Notes under the pieces: generated by a model
The model's input: only the letters and a program-made list of their open reading frames with translations
What the model was told of the DNA's origin: nothing
The model's database searches: none
Shown: piece by piece, positions 10,135 through 20,570 of the stretch
Layout of the letters: each line of letters begins with the position of its first letter
Position numbering within the stretch: position 1 is the stretch's first letter
Program-made: the position numbers and the translations under genes
Assembly (NCBI RefSeq): GCF_041464125.1
Contig: NZ_JBGNUG010000002.1
Location: forward strand, 142,596 to 182,595
Direction: 5' to 3'
DNA: 40,000 bases
DNA from: Pseudoxanthomonas sp. 10H
GTDB taxonomy: Bacteria > Pseudomonadota > Gammaproteobacteria > Xanthomonadales > Xanthomonadaceae

Positions 10135-12885
10135 ATGCAGTCGAACACGAGGACCGCGCGCGACGCGGCGAACCATCGCACCACCCCCGCACCGCGCCGC
10201 CGCGCGCTGGCCCGCTGGTGCGCCGCCGCGCTGCTGGCCACCGTCCCCGCGCTGCAGGCCCACGCCGCCGACGCACGGCCGTGGCTGGACACCCAGCGCA
10301 GCTTCGAGGAGCGCGCCGCCGCGCTGGTGTCGCAGATGACGCTGGAGGAGAAGGCTGCGCAGATGCAGAACGACAGCCCGGCGATCGAGCGCCTGGGGGT
10401 GCCGGCCTACGACTGGTGGAACGAAGCGCTGCACGGCGTCGCCCGCGCCGGCGGGGCCACCGTGTTCCCGCAGGCGATCGGCATGGCCGCCAGCTTCGAC
10501 ATCCCGCTGATGGACCAGGTCGCCGCGGCGATCAGCGACGAGGCACGCGCCAAGCACCACCGCTTCTTCGCCGAGGGCAAGCACGGCCGCTACCAGGGCC
10601 TGACCTTCTGGTCGCCGAACATCAACATCTTCCGCGACCCGCGCTGGGGCCGCGGCCAGGAGACCTACGGCGAGGATCCCTACCTGACCTCGCGCATGGG
10701 CATCTCGTTCGTGCGCGGCCTGCAGGGCATGGACCCGGTGACCGGCGCGCCGCTGGACCCGACCTACCGCAAGCTCGACGCCACCGCCAAGCACTTCGCC
10801 GTGCACAGCGGCCCGGAGGCCGACCGCCACACCTTCGACGTGCATCCGTCCAAGCGCGACCTGTACGACACCTACCTGCCGGCGTTCGAGGCGCTGGTCA
10901 AGGAAGGCGACGTCTACGCGGTGATGGGCGCCTACAACCGCGTCTACGGCGAATCGGCCAGCGCCAGCCAGTTCCTGCTGCTGGACACCCTGCGCCGCGA
11001 CTGGGGCTTCAAGGGCTACGTGATGTCCGACTGCTGGGCCATCCGCGACATCTGGGAGAACCACAAGATCGTGGCCACTCCCGAGGAAGCGGCGGCGCTG
11101 GCGGTGAAGAAGGGCACCGAGCTGAACTGCGGCAGCACCTACGCCAAGCACCTGCCGCTGGCGGTGAAGCAGGGGCTGATCACCGAGGCCGAACTGGACG
11201 ACGCGCTGGGCCGCCTGTTCACCGCGCGGATGCGGCTGGGCATGTTCGACCCGCCGCAGCAGGTGAAATGGGCGCAGATCCCGTATTCGGTCAACCAGTC
11301 GGCCGCGCACGACGCGCTGGCGCGGAAGATGGCGCAGGCCTCGATGGTGCTGCTGAAGAACGACGGCGTGCTGCCGCTGTCGCGCGACACGAGGAAGATC
11401 GCGGTGGTCGGCCCGACCGCCGACGACACCATGGCCCTGCTCGGCAACTACTACGGCACCCCGGCCGCGCCGGTCACCGTGCTGGCCGGCCTGCGCGCGG
11501 CGCTGCCGGATGCGCAGATCACCTACGCGCGCGGCGCCGACCTGGTCGAAGGCCGCAACGACCCGGCCGCCACGCCGCTGGTCGAGGCGCAGTTCCTGCG
11601 CCCGTCCGCCGACTCGCCCGAGCGCGGCCTGCGTGGCGAGTACTTCCGCAACACCGACCTGTCCGGCACGCCGGCGCTGGTGCGGGTCGACCCGGTGATC
11701 GGCTTCAGCTGGGACCGCGGCTCGCCGACCGACAACCTGATGGCCCGTGGCGAGGCCGGCCCGGACGAGGCGGTGCCCAGCGACAACTTCTCGATCCGCT
11801 GGAGCGGCCAGCTGCTGCCGCCGGTGTCGGGCGAGTACGAGCTCGAGGCGGCCGCCAACGACGGCGTGCGCGTGTACCTGGATGGCAAGCGCGTGATCGA
11901 CCACTGGGAAAAGGCCGACCGGCTGACCTCGCACGGCGCGAAGGTGACGCTGCAGGCCGGCCGCGCCTACGACCTCCGCCTGGAATACCAGGAGCAGGAA
12001 CGCGATGCCGGCGTGCGCCTGGCCTGGCGCATGCCCGGCGCCAAGCCCGCGTTCGAGGAAGCGGTGGACGCGGCGCGCGACGCCGACGTGGTGGTGTTCG
12101 TCGGCGGCCTGACCGGCGACGTCGAAGGCGAGGAGATGAAGGTCAACTACCCGGGTTTCGCCGGCGGCGACCGCACCGACACCCGCCTGCCCGCGACCCA
12201 GCAGAAGCTGCTGGAGGCCGTGCACGCGACCGGCAAGCCGGTGGTGCTGGTGCTGACCACCGGTTCGGCGCTGGCGGTGGACTGGGCCAAGCAGCACCTG
12301 CCGGCGATCCTGGTCGCCTGGTACCCGGGCCAGCGCGGCGGCAGCGCGGTCGCCGACGTGCTGCTCGGCGACGCCAACCCCGCCGGCCGCCTGCCGGTCA
12401 CCTTCTACACCGCCGACGCGAAGATGCCCGCGTTCTCCGACTACACCATGGACGGACGCACCTACCGCTACTACGACGGCCAGCCGCTGTACCCGTTCGG
12501 CCACGGCCTGTCGTACACCCGGTTCGGCTACTCGGCGCTGGCGCTGGACCGCGCGCGTGCGGCGGCGACCGATCCGGTCACGGTCTCGGTCAAGGTGAAG
12601 AACACCGGCACCCGCGCCGGCGAGGAAGTGGTGCAGCTGTACCTGCATCCGCTCGACCCGGCCCGCGACCGCGCGGCGAAGGAACTGCGCGGCTTCCAGC
12701 GCGTGGCGCTGCAGCCGGGCGAGGAACGCACGCTGCAGTTCACCGTGGTGCCGGAGAAGGACCTGCGCACCTGGGACGAGAAGGCCGGGGCCTACGTGGT
12801 CGACCCGGGCCGCTACGAAGTGCAGGTCGGCGCGTCCAGCGCCGACATCCGCGCCCGCGTGCCGCTCACGGTGGGCAGGCGCTGA
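10135..12885 (+). CDS. GH3 beta-xylosidase/beta-glucosidase with inserted PA14 domain, secreted
   Basis: GGGAGG precedes the ATG at 10135 (alternative ATG at 10102). A signal-like N-terminus is present. GH3 blocks are TVFPQAIGMAASFD, KHFAVHSGPE and GYVMSDCWAI. The PA14-like segment is GLRGEYFRNTDLSGTPALVRVDPVIGFSWD...IRWSGQLLPPVSGEYEL. Confidence 0.92.
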   Translation: MQSNTRTARDAANHRTTPAPRRRALARWCAAALLATVPALQAHAADARPWLDTQRSFEERAAALVSQMTLEEKAAQMQNDSPAIERLGVPAYDWWNEALHGVARAGGATVFPQAIGMAASFDIPLMDQVAAAISDEARAKHHRFFAEGKHGRYQGLTFWSPNINIFRDPRWGRGQETYGEDPYLTSRMGISFVRGLQGMDPVTGAPLDPTYRKLDATAKHFAVHSGPEADRHTFDVHPSKRDLYDTYLPAFEALVKEGDVYAVMGAYNRVYGESASASQFLLLDTLRRDWGFKGYVMSDCWAIRDIWENHKIVATPEEAAALAVKKGTELNCGSTYAKHLPLAVKQGLITEAELDDALGRLFTARMRLGMFDPPQQVKWAQIPYSVNQSAAHDALARKMAQASMVLLKNDGVLPLSRDTRKIAVVGPTADDTMALLGNYYGTPAAPVTVLAGLRAALPDAQITYARGADLVEGRNDPAATPLVEAQFLRPSADSPERGLRGEYFRNTDLSGTPALVRVDPVIGFSWDRGSPTDNLMARGEAGPDEAVPSDNFSIRWSGQLLPPVSGEYELEAAANDGVRVYLDGKRVIDHWEKADRLTSHGAKVTLQAGRAYDLRLEYQEQERDAGVRLAWRMPGAKPAFEEAVDAARDADVVVFVGGLTGDVEGEEMKVNYPGFAGGDRTDTRLPATQQKLLEAVHATGKPVVLVLTTGSALAVDWAKQHLPAILVAWYPGQRGGSAVADVLLGDANPAGRLPVTFYTADAKMPAFSDYTMDGRTYRYYDGQPLYPFGHGLSYTRFGYSALALDRARAAATDPVTVSVKVKNTGTRAGEEVVQLYLHPLDPARDRAAKELRGFQRVALQPGEERTLQFTVVPEKDLRTWDEKAGAYVVDPGRYEVQVGASSADIRARVPLTVGRR

Positions 12886-13066
12886 CCCCGTTGTACCGGC
12901 CGTTCCGCTCCCCGGAGGGGCGGCCGGGCGAGGCGAGGCGGAGCCGGCGGCGACTCTCCCAGGTCGCCGGCTTCGCCGGACCTCTTTCTTCCGCATGCCG
13001 GCCCCCGTCCGGCATCGATGCCTGCGGCGGCACCTGCGCCTGCGGCATCCGCACTTCCAGGAACCG

Positions 13067-14587
13067 ATGATCCCGATGTCCGTGACTTCCGCCGTCCCCC
13101 GCCTGTCCGATGCCACCCTCGCCGCGCTGCCGGCAGCGGTACGGCGTCCCGCCTACGATCGCGCCGGCACGCGCATCGGCGTGGTCCACTTCGGCCCCGG
13201 CGCGTTCCATCGCGCGCACCAGGCCGTGTACTTCGACGACCTGCTCGCGTCCGATCCGGACTGGGCGATCAGCGCGGTGTCGCTGCACAGCGCCGGCGTG
13301 CGCGACGCGCTGCGCCCGCAGGACGGCCTGTACACGCTGGCGCTGCTGGACCAGGCGCAGGCCGACGGGTCGCCGGCGCTGCGCGTGGTCGGCTCGATCC
13401 GCGAAGTGCTGTGCGCGCCGGAGGAGGGCGCGGCGGTGCTGGCGCGGCTGGCCGACCGCGACGTGCGGCTGGTGACCCTGACCATCACCGAGAAGGGCTA
13501 CTGCCTGTCGCCGGACGGGGTGGACCTGCAGCACCCGGACATCGTGCGCGACCTGGCCACGCTTGACGCGCCGACCCGTGCACCCGTCAGTGCGCCCGTC
13601 AGTGCCATTGGCTGGCTGGTCGCCGGCCTGCGCGCGCGCCGCGCGCAGGGGCTGGAGCCGTTCACCGTGCTCAGCTGCGACAACCTGGCCGACAACGGCG
13701 GCCGCCTGCGCCGCGCGGTGCTGCAGTTCGCGCGCCAGTCCGATCCCGCGCTGGCCGACTGGATCGACACCGAAGTCGCATTCCCGCGCTCGATGGTCGA
13801 CAGCATCACCCCGGCCACCGACGACGCGCTGCGCGCCCGGGTCGCCGCGCAGCTCGGCATGGACGACGCCTGGCCGATCCAGCGCGAGCCGTACACGCAG
13901 TGGGTGGTGGAAGACGATTTCCGCAACGGCCGCCCGCCGCTGGAGCGCGCCGGCGTGGTCCTGAGCGACGACATCGCCGGCTACGACAAGGCCAAGCTGC
14001 GGCTGCTCAATGCGCCGCATTCCACGCTCGCCTACCTCGGCTCGCTGATGGGGATCGAGGCGGTGGCCGACGCGATGCGCGAGCCGGCGCTGGCCGGTTT
14101 CGTCGCCAGGCTGATGCACGAGGACATCGTGCCGTCGCTGCAGCTGCCGCAGGGCTTCGATCCGGACGCGTACATCGAGGCGATCCTGGCCCGCTTCCGC
14201 AACCCGGCCATCCGCCACCTGCTCGCGCAGATCGCCTGGGACGGCTCGCAGAAGATCCCCGTGCGCCTGCTCGGCACGATCGCCGAGGCGCTGGCCGCCG
14301 GCCGCGCCGTCGACCGGCTGTGCCTGCCGGTGGCCGGCTGGCTGCGGTTCGTGCGCCGCCAGTCGCTGGCGGGCGTGGCGATCGTCGATCCGCTGGCCGA
14401 CGCGCTGGCGCGGATCGGCGCGGCCACCACCGGCGAAGCCGCGCACGACGTCGATGCGTTCCTCGCGCTCGATGGCGTGTTCGGCCCGCTGGCCGGCGAC
14501 GCGCGTTTCGTCGAGGCGTTGCGCCGCGCGTACGCCGCGCTCGGCGACGGCTCGCCGGCCGCGGTGGCGCGCGCGCTGGCGGCGTGA
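13067..14587 (+). CDS. uxuB: mannitol-dehydrogenase-family oxidoreductase, probable fructuronate reductase (D-mannonate oxidoreductase)
   Basis: The dinucleotide-binding N-terminus is IGVVHFGPGAFHRAHQAVY. A long-chain mannitol dehydrogenase C-terminal domain follows (MVDSITPATD, KLRLLNAPHSTLAYLG). Its position in a hexuronate cluster fits. The start is ATG 13067 or 13076. Confidence 0.85.
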   Translation: MIPMSVTSAVPRLSDATLAALPAAVRRPAYDRAGTRIGVVHFGPGAFHRAHQAVYFDDLLASDPDWAISAVSLHSAGVRDALRPQDGLYTLALLDQAQADGSPALRVVGSIREVLCAPEEGAAVLARLADRDVRLVTLTITEKGYCLSPDGVDLQHPDIVRDLATLDAPTRAPVSAPVSAIGWLVAGLRARRAQGLEPFTVLSCDNLADNGGRLRRAVLQFARQSDPALADWIDTEVAFPRSMVDSITPATDDALRARVAAQLGMDDAWPIQREPYTQWVVEDDFRNGRPPLERAGVVLSDDIAGYDKAKLRLLNAPHSTLAYLGSLMGIEAVADAMREPALAGFVARLMHEDIVPSLQLPQGFDPDAYIEAILARFRNPAIRHLLAQIAWDGSQKIPVRLLGTIAEALAAGRAVDRLCLPVAGWLRFVRRQSLAGVAIVDPLADALARIGAATTGEAAHDVDAFLALDGVFGPLAGDARFVEALRRAYAALGDGSPAAVARALAA

Positions 14588-14731
14588 CGTCGGAGGGCCA
14601 TGCCGCGAGCCCCAGGCATCGGCGGTCCGGCCCTCCGTGTTGAAGCGGTACCTCCGGCGCCCGCCCGGAGGGCGATGCAAGGAAAGCGCGTCCCGGAGTA
14701 GCTGTTCCCACCCTGTCCCGTGGAGCCCCAC

Positions 14732-15580
14732 ATGCCTGCGACCCTGACCCGCCACACCACGCCCGACGGCCCGCGCTGGGCGCTCGATGGCCACTGGCTG
14801 CCGGCCGACTTCCACCTCGGGGCCTGGCTGGCGCTGCCGGCGGCGCAGGCCGACGCGCAGCTGGCCGCGCTGCCGCGCGGCGGCGCGGTCGGCGATGCGC
14901 CGCGGCTGGCGCCGATCGAGGACGCGCAGGAAGCCTGGGCCAGCGGCGTGACCTACCTCAGCAGCCGGATGGCGCGCGAGGCCGAATCGCAGAACGCCGA
15001 CGTCTACGCCAAGGTCTATTCGGCGGCGCGGCCGGAGCTGTTCTTCAAGGCCGCCGGCTGGCGCGTGCGCGGTCCCGGCGCCGGCATCCGGGTGCGCGCC
15101 GACAGCCACTGGAACGTGCCCGAGCCCGAGCTGGTCCTGCTGGTCGACGCGGCCGGCACGATCCGCGGCTGCACCGCCGGCAACGACGTGTCCTCGCGCA
15201 GCATCGAAGGCGAGAACCCGCTGTACCTGCCGCAGGCCAAGGTCTACGACGGCGCCTGCGCGATCGGCCCGGCGATCCGCCTGTGCGGCGCCGACGCGCT
15301 GCGCGACCTGCCGATCTCGCTGGCCATCGACCGCGGCGGCACCCGCGTGTTCTCCGGCGCCACCCGCACCTCGCAGATCAAGCGCACGCTGGAAGAGCTG
15401 GCCGGCTACCTGTGCCGCGAGCTGAGCTTCCCGCACGGCGCGTTCCTGTTCACCGGCACCGGCGTGGTCCCCGGCGAGGACTTCACCCTGCAGGCCGGCG
15501 ACGTGGTGCGCATCGACATCGACGGGCTGGTGCTGGAGAACGCGGTCGAAGACGCCGCGCCCGGGAGCGCGGCGCCATGA
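14732..15580 (+). CDS. fumarylacetoacetate hydrolase (FAH) family protein; candidate 2-keto-3-deoxy-pentonate dehydratase
   Basis: GGAG lies 6 nt before the ATG at 14732. The C-terminal FAH fold signature is [13 protein letters not shown]...[18 protein letters not shown]...[34 protein letters not shown]. The gene is coupled by an ATGA overlap to the following sugar-acid dehydratase. The specific substrate is inference. Confidence 0.75.
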   Translation: MPATLTRHTTPDGPRWALDGHWLPADFHLGAWLALPAAQADAQLAALPRGGAVGDAPRLAPIEDAQEAWASGVTYLSSRMAREAESQNADVYAKVYSAARPELFFKAAGWRVRGPGAGIRVRADSHWNVPEPELVLLVDAAGTIRGCTAGNDVSSRSIEGENPLYLPQAKVYDGACAIGPAIRLCGADALRDLPISLAIDRGGTRVFSGATRTSQIKRTLEELAGYLCRELSFPHGAFLFTGTGVVPGEDFTLQAGDVVRIDIDGLVLENAVEDAAPGSAAP

Positions 15581-17580
15581 GCGCGCCCGGCGAGCTCGAC
15601 GCCATCCTCGGCGACGGCGCGCCGCTCGCCAGCACGCGCACCTCCGGCGAAGGCCCGCACGGGCACCTGCCGATCGACGCGCGGATGCTGCGCGAGGCCG
15701 CCAGCGGCGACCTGTTCGGCCTGACCCAGAACGCCGGCATGGGCTGGCGCGCCAGCGAGGTCGCGCGCGACCCGTACCTGATCGTCAGCACCCAGGGCGG
15801 CCTGCGCGGCGCCGACGGCACGCCGCTGGCGCTGGGCCTGCACACCGGCCACTGGGAGATCGACCGGCTGGTGCGCACCGCCGCCGAGACCTTCGCCGCC
15901 CACGGCGGGTTGCCGTTCTCGGTGATGTGCTCGGACCCGTGCGACGGCCGCACCCAGGGCACGACCGGCATGTTCGACAGCCTGCCGTACCGCAACGATG
16001 CGTCGATCGCGATGCGCCGGCTGATCCGCTCGCTGCCCACGCGCCGCGGCGTGCTCGGCATCGCCACCTGCGACAAGGGCCTGCCGGCGATGATGCTGGC
16101 GCTGGCCGGATGCAGCGACCTGCCCGGCGTGATCGTGCCCGGCGGTGTGACGCTGCCGGCGCGCGGCGCCGAGGACGCCGGCCAGGTGCAGACCATCGGC
16201 GCGCGCTTCGCGCACGGGCTGATCGACCTGGAGCACGCCGCGGCGATGGGCTGCCGCGCCTGCGGCTCGCCCGGCGGCGGCTGCCAGTTCCTCGGCACCG
16301 CGGCGACCTCGCAGGTGGTGGCCGAAGCCCTCGGCATCGCCTTGCCGCACAGTGCGCTGGCGCCGTCCGGCGAGCCGGCGTGGACCGACATGGCGCGGCG
16401 CTCGGCACTGGCGTTGCTGCGCATGGCCGGGCAGGGCACGCCGCTGTCGGCGGTACTGACCCGCCAGGCGGTGGAGAACGCGCTGCTGGTGCATGCCGCG
16501 TTCGGCGGTTCGACCAACCTGCTGCTGCACGTGCCGGCGATCGCGCACGCCGCCGGCGTGACGCGGCCGACCGTGCAGGACTGGATGGCGGCCAGCCGCG
16601 CCACCCCGCGCCTGGTCGACGCGCTGCCCAACGGCCCGCGCCACCACCCGACCGTGCAGGTGTTCATGGCCGGCGGCGTGCCCGAGGTGATGCTGCGCCT
16701 GCGCGACATGGGCCTGCTGCACCTGGACGTGCCGACCGTGAGCGGACGCACCGTCGGCGAGAACCTGGCCTGGTGGGAGCACAGCGCCACCCGCGCCGCC
16801 GCCCGCGCGCGGCTGCGCGAACTCGACGGCGTCGATCCCGACGTGGTGATCATGGGCCCGGACGCGGCGCGCAAGGCCGGCCTGTCGAGCACGATGGTGT
16901 TCCCGGTCGGCAACCTCGCCCCGCAGGGCGCGGTGATCAAGGCCACCGCGATCGATCCTTCGCTGGTCGACGAAGGCAACGTCTACCGGCATACCGGCCC
17001 GGCACGCGTGTTCGCCTCCGAGCACGACGCGATCCGCGCGATCAAGAGCAAGGGCGACGACGCGGTGCGCGCCGGCGACGTGGTCGTGCTCGCCGGCTGC
17101 GGGCCGATGGGCACCGGCATGGAAGAAACCTACCAGCTCACGTCCGCACTGAAGTACCTGCCGTGGGGCAAGCACGTGGCGGTGCTGACCGACGCGCGCT
17201 TCTCGGGCGTGTCCACCGGCGCCTGCATCGGCCACGTCGGCCCGGAGGCGCTGGCCGGCGGCCCGCTGGGTCGGCTGCGCGACGGCGACATCGTGCGCAT
17301 CGAGATCGACCGCGCGAGGCTGGAAGGGCGCGTGGATTTCATCGGCGAGGATGCGCAGCGGCCGCTCGATGCGGATGCCGCCGCCGCGGTGCTGGCCGCG
17401 CGCCCGCTGCATCCGGCGATCGCCCCGCATCCCCGGTTGCCGGACGACACCCGGCTGTGGGCCGCGCTGCAGGACGCCGGCGGCGGCACCTGGGCCGGCT
17501 GCGTGTACGACGTGGACGCGATCATCGAGACGCTGCGCGCCGGGCGCGAGGCGCTGGCCGGCAAGGGGTGCAGCGCATGA
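15577..17580 (+). CDS. IlvD/Edd-family sugar-acid dehydratase, YjhG/YagF (D-xylonate dehydratase) type
   Basis: 667 aa. Long blocks are nearly identical to what I recall of E. coli YjhG/YagF: [98 protein letters not shown] and [21 protein letters not shown]. Confidence 0.85.
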   Translation: MSAPGELDAILGDGAPLASTRTSGEGPHGHLPIDARMLREAASGDLFGLTQNAGMGWRASEVARDPYLIVSTQGGLRGADGTPLALGLHTGHWEIDRLVRTAAETFAAHGGLPFSVMCSDPCDGRTQGTTGMFDSLPYRNDASIAMRRLIRSLPTRRGVLGIATCDKGLPAMMLALAGCSDLPGVIVPGGVTLPARGAEDAGQVQTIGARFAHGLIDLEHAAAMGCRACGSPGGGCQFLGTAATSQVVAEALGIALPHSALAPSGEPAWTDMARRSALALLRMAGQGTPLSAVLTRQAVENALLVHAAFGGSTNLLLHVPAIAHAAGVTRPTVQDWMAASRATPRLVDALPNGPRHHPTVQVFMAGGVPEVMLRLRDMGLLHLDVPTVSGRTVGENLAWWEHSATRAAARARLRELDGVDPDVVIMGPDAARKAGLSSTMVFPVGNLAPQGAVIKATAIDPSLVDEGNVYRHTGPARVFASEHDAIRAIKSKGDDAVRAGDVVVLAGCGPMGTGMEETYQLTSALKYLPWGKHVAVLTDARFSGVSTGACIGHVGPEALAGGPLGRLRDGDIVRIEIDRARLEGRVDFIGEDAQRPLDADAAAAVLAARPLHPAIAPHPRLPDDTRLWAALQDAGGGTWAGCVYDVDAIIETLRAGREALAGKGCSA

Positions 17581-18887
17581 CCGTCTTCCTGGTCATCGCC
17601 GCGGCGATCGCGCTGCAGATCTTCCTCACCGCGCGCAAGCTGAGCCCGTTCCTGTCGCTGCTGGTGGTGGCGATCCCGATGGGCCTGCTGCTGGGCATGA
17701 CGCCGCAGGAGCTGCTCAAGACCATCGACGCCGGCGTCGGCAGCACCCTGGGCGGGCTGGCGCTGGTGATCGTGCTCGGCGCGATCCTGGGCAAGGTGCT
17801 GGAGGAGAGCGGGGCGGCGGAGAAGATCGCCATCACCCTGATCGCCCGCTTCGGCGAGCGGAACATCCAGTGGGCGCTGCTGCTCACCGGCTTCCTGGTC
17901 GGCATCCCGCTGTATTTCAATGCCGGCTTCATCATCCTGGTGCCGCTTATCTTCTCGCTCGCGCGCAGGACCGGCCTGCCGATCCTGTACCTGGCCATCC
18001 CGACGGTGGCCTCGCTCAGCACCACCCACTGCTTCCTGCCGCCGCACCCGGGCCCGGTGGTGCTGGTCAACGCGTTCGGCGCCGACATGGGCCTGACCCT
18101 GGTGTACGGCATCGCGATGGCGGTCCCGGCGGTGGTCGTCGCCGGGCCCTGGCTGGGCCGGCGCCTGCAGGCGATCAACCCGCCGCTACCGGACCTGTTC
18201 ACCGCCAGCGAAGCGCCGCGCGAGCTGCCGGGCGCGTGGTGTTCGTTCCTGATCGCGCTCTCGCCGGTGCTGCTGATCAGCGCCTCGGTGCTGGCCGACG
18301 CGCTGCTGCCCGACGGCGTGTGGCGGACCGCGCTGCTGTTCCTGGGCAATCCCACCGTGGCCCTGCTGCTGGCCACGCTGGTCGCGTTCTGGTGGCTGGG
18401 GTATCGCCGCGGCGTGGGCCTGGAGGTGCAGACGCGCTGGCTCAATGCCGCCATCGCCGGGATCGCGGTGATCCTGCTGATCATCACCGCCGGCGGCGTG
18501 TTCAAGCAGGTGCTGGTGGACAGCGGCGTCGGCGCCCGCATCGCCGCGCTCAGCGCCAGCTGGCACATGCCGCCGCTGGTGTTCGCCTGGCTGGCCACCG
18601 CGATCCTGCGGGTGATGATCGGCTCGGCCACCGTCGCGGTGATCACCGCCGCCGGCATTGTCAGCCCGCTGATCGCCAGCACCGGCGCCTCGCCGGAGCT
18701 GATGGTGCTGGCGGTGGGCGCCGGCAGCGTGTTCGGCTCGCACGTCAACGACTCCGCGTTCTGGATGTTCAAGGAGTTCTTCGGCCTGTCGATGAAGCAG
18801 ACCTTCCAGTCGTGGACGGTGATGGAGTCGCTGATCTCGGTGATCGGGCTGGCGGGGGTGCTGGTCCTGGAGCGGGTGGTGGGGTGA
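17577..18887 (+). CDS. GntP-family sugar-acid:H+ symporter
   Basis: The ATG overlaps the upstream stop (ATGA). The protein is 436 aa and highly hydrophobic, with a GntP-like organisation ([17 protein letters not shown]..., [44 protein letters not shown]). Confidence 0.88.
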   Translation: MTVFLVIAAAIALQIFLTARKLSPFLSLLVVAIPMGLLLGMTPQELLKTIDAGVGSTLGGLALVIVLGAILGKVLEESGAAEKIAITLIARFGERNIQWALLLTGFLVGIPLYFNAGFIILVPLIFSLARRTGLPILYLAIPTVASLSTTHCFLPPHPGPVVLVNAFGADMGLTLVYGIAMAVPAVVVAGPWLGRRLQAINPPLPDLFTASEAPRELPGAWCSFLIALSPVLLISASVLADALLPDGVWRTALLFLGNPTVALLLATLVAFWWLGYRRGVGLEVQTRWLNAAIAGIAVILLIITAGGVFKQVLVDSGVGARIAALSASWHMPPLVFAWLATAILRVMIGSATVAVITAAGIVSPLIASTGASPELMVLAVGAGSVFGSHVNDSAFWMFKEFFGLSMKQTFQSWTVMESLISVIGLAGVLVLERVVG

Positions 18888-18979
18888 GCCGGCGGACGCC
18901 GCAGATCGCGGCATGAACGCCGGCGTTGCCGCGGGAACCTGGCCCCCGCGGTCCCGATCGCCCGCCTCCCCGTCCAGCG

Positions 18980-19540
18980 CGCAAGCCACGGAGCCTTGCG
19001 CGCACGGCAAAGGGCCCCGTGACCGGAGTTCCCGGGCCTCGCGCGCGAGGCACATCGCCTTGCGACCGGAGCCCTGGAGCCTGGTGCGCGAGGCAAAAAG
19101 CCCCGCGATCGGAGCCCTCGAGCCCCGTGCGCAAGGCAAAAAGCCTTGCGCGCAAGCCTCCGAGCCTTGCGATCGGAGCCCTGGAGCCCCGTGCCTAAGG
19201 CAAAAAGCCCCGCGATCGGAGCCCTGGAGCCCCGTGCGCAAGGCAAAAAGCCCCGCGATCGGGGCCCTGGAACCTCGTGCGCAAGGCAAAAAGCCTTGCG
19301 ATCGGAGCCCTGGAGCCCCGTGCCCATGGCATAAAGCCCCGTGATCGGAGCCCTGGCGCCCCGTGCGCGAGGCCAAAAGCCCCGTGATCGGGCCCCGGAG
19401 CCCCGTGCGCAAGGCAAAAAGCCTCGTGATCGGAGCCCTGGAGCCTCGTGCGCAAGGCGAAAAGCCTTGCGCGCAAGCCTCCGACCCTTGCGCGCAGGCC
19501 CGGAAGCCTTGCGCGCAGCGCCTGGGGCCTTGCCGGCTTG
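18980..19540. repeat. tandem array of ~10 copies of a 43-bp unit (consensus GTGCGCAAGGCAAAAAGCCCCGCGATCGGAGCCCTGGAGCCCC) with a nested ~21-bp sub-repeat (CCTTGCGCGCAAG core)
   Basis: Well-phased units were read at 19084, 19127 (64 bp, carrying a 21-bp insertion), 19191, 19234, 19277, 19320, 19363 (42 bp), 19405 and 19448. Degenerate copies occur on both ends. The array lies between the convergent gntP and intI 3' ends. Confidence 0.9.
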
Positions 19541-19562
19541 CCGCCGCCGGCCGCGCGACCCG

Positions 19563-20570
19563 TCAGCGGTCCAACGGACTCAGCACCCCGTGCGCGCCCC
19601 GGTTGAGGACATGGGTGTAACGCTGCGTGGTCGCCACGTCCTTGTGGCCGAGCAGCTCCTGCACCGTGCGGATGTCGGCCCCGGCTTCCAGCAGGTGGGT
19701 GGCGAAGCAGTGGCGCAGGGTGTGCGGCGTGACCGGCCGGTCGAAGCCCGACTCCAGCGCCGCCCGCCGCACCGCCTTCTGCAGCACCTTCTCGTCGATG
19801 TGGTGGCGCCGCTGCACGCCATCGCGCGGGTCCACCGAGAGGCGCGTGGCCGGGAACACGTACCGCCAGGCCAGCTCCACCGCCGCGTTCGGATACTTGC
19901 GCGCGAGCGCATGCGGCAGGTGCACGCGGCCGAACCCCGCCGCGAGGTCGCGCGCGTGCAGCACGCGCACCTCGGCCAGCTGGCGCGCCAGCGCTTCGCG
20001 CAGCGCCGCCGGCAGCACGGTCATCCGGTCCTTGCCGCCCTTGCCGTCGCGCACGAGCAGTTCGTTGCGCGCCAGGCCCACGTCCTTGACCCGCAACCGC
20101 ACGCATTCCATGAGGCGCAGGCCGCTGCCGTAGAGCAGGCCGGCCATCAGCGCCTCGCGCCCGGCCAGGCGGGCGAGCAGCTGCCCGACCTGCGCCCGCG
20201 ACAGCACCACCGGCAGCCGCTGCGGCCGCCTGGCCCGGACCACGTTCTCCATCCACGGCAGCTCGATCCCCAGCACCTCCCGGTAGAGGAACAGCAGCGC
20301 CGACAGGGCCTGGTTCTGGGTGCTGGCGGCGACGTGGTCGCGGGTCGCCAGGCGGGTGAGGAAAGCCTCCACCGCCACCCCGTCAAGTTCGCGCGGATGC
20401 CGCGGCAGGTTCGCCCGGATATACCGGCGGATCCAGTACAGGTACGCCTGCTCGGTGCGCAGGCTGTAGTGCCTGAGCCGCATCCGGCCGCGCACCTGCT
20501 CCAGCAGGCGCGGCTCCCCGCCCTGGCGTCCGCCGGAAGATATCGGGGTGTGCTCGCCGTCATAAGACAT
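19563..20570 (-). CDS. intI: integron integrase IntI (tyrosine recombinase), apparently intact
   Basis: 335 aa. AAGGAGG lies 7 nt upstream of the ATG. The N-terminal block is [30 protein letters not shown]...[15 protein letters not shown]. The IntI-specific insertion is [25 protein letters not shown]. The catalytic blocks are [33 protein letters not shown] and RYTHV. There are no internal stops. Confidence 0.95.
   Translation of the reverse strand: MSYDGEHTPISSGGRQGGEPRLLEQVRGRMRLRHYSLRTEQAYLYWIRRYIRANLPRHPRELDGVAVEAFLTRLATRDHVAASTQNQALSALLFLYREVLGIELPWMENVVRARRPQRLPVVLSRAQVGQLLARLAGREALMAGLLYGSGLRLMECVRLRVKDVGLARNELLVRDGKGGKDRMTVLPAALREALARQLAEVRVLHARDLAAGFGRVHLPHALARKYPNAAVELAWRYVFPATRLSVDPRDGVQRRHHIDEKVLQKAVRRAALESGFDRPVTPHTLRHCFATHLLEAGADIRTVQELLGHKDVATTQRYTHVLNRGAHGVLSPLDR

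Noticed and set aside
2852-13116. Long antisense or off-frame ORFs (for example 2852-5251, 5017-7077, 6975-10292 and 9925-13116 on the minus strand; 2989-4629, 5586-8339 upstream part, 8411-10105 and 10218-13070 on the plus strand)
   Set aside because: Each overlaps a gene with clear family motifs in another frame or on the other strand. The translations are low-complexity Arg/Ala/Gly/Pro strings. No independent support exists.
18913-19417. Several ORFs (143, 90 and 62 aa on the plus strand; 631, 408, 128 and 353 aa on the minus strand) with repetitive peptides such as KSPAIGALEPRAQGKKP
   Set aside because: They lie in the 43-bp tandem array. The period is not divisible by 3, so the same DNA unit is read in rotating frames. 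There is no RBS or codon-bias support.
18980-19540. Possible CRISPR array
   Set aside because: The repeats are directly abutting, with no unique spacers between them. Unit-to-unit divergence is minisatellite-like. No cas genes are present in the window.
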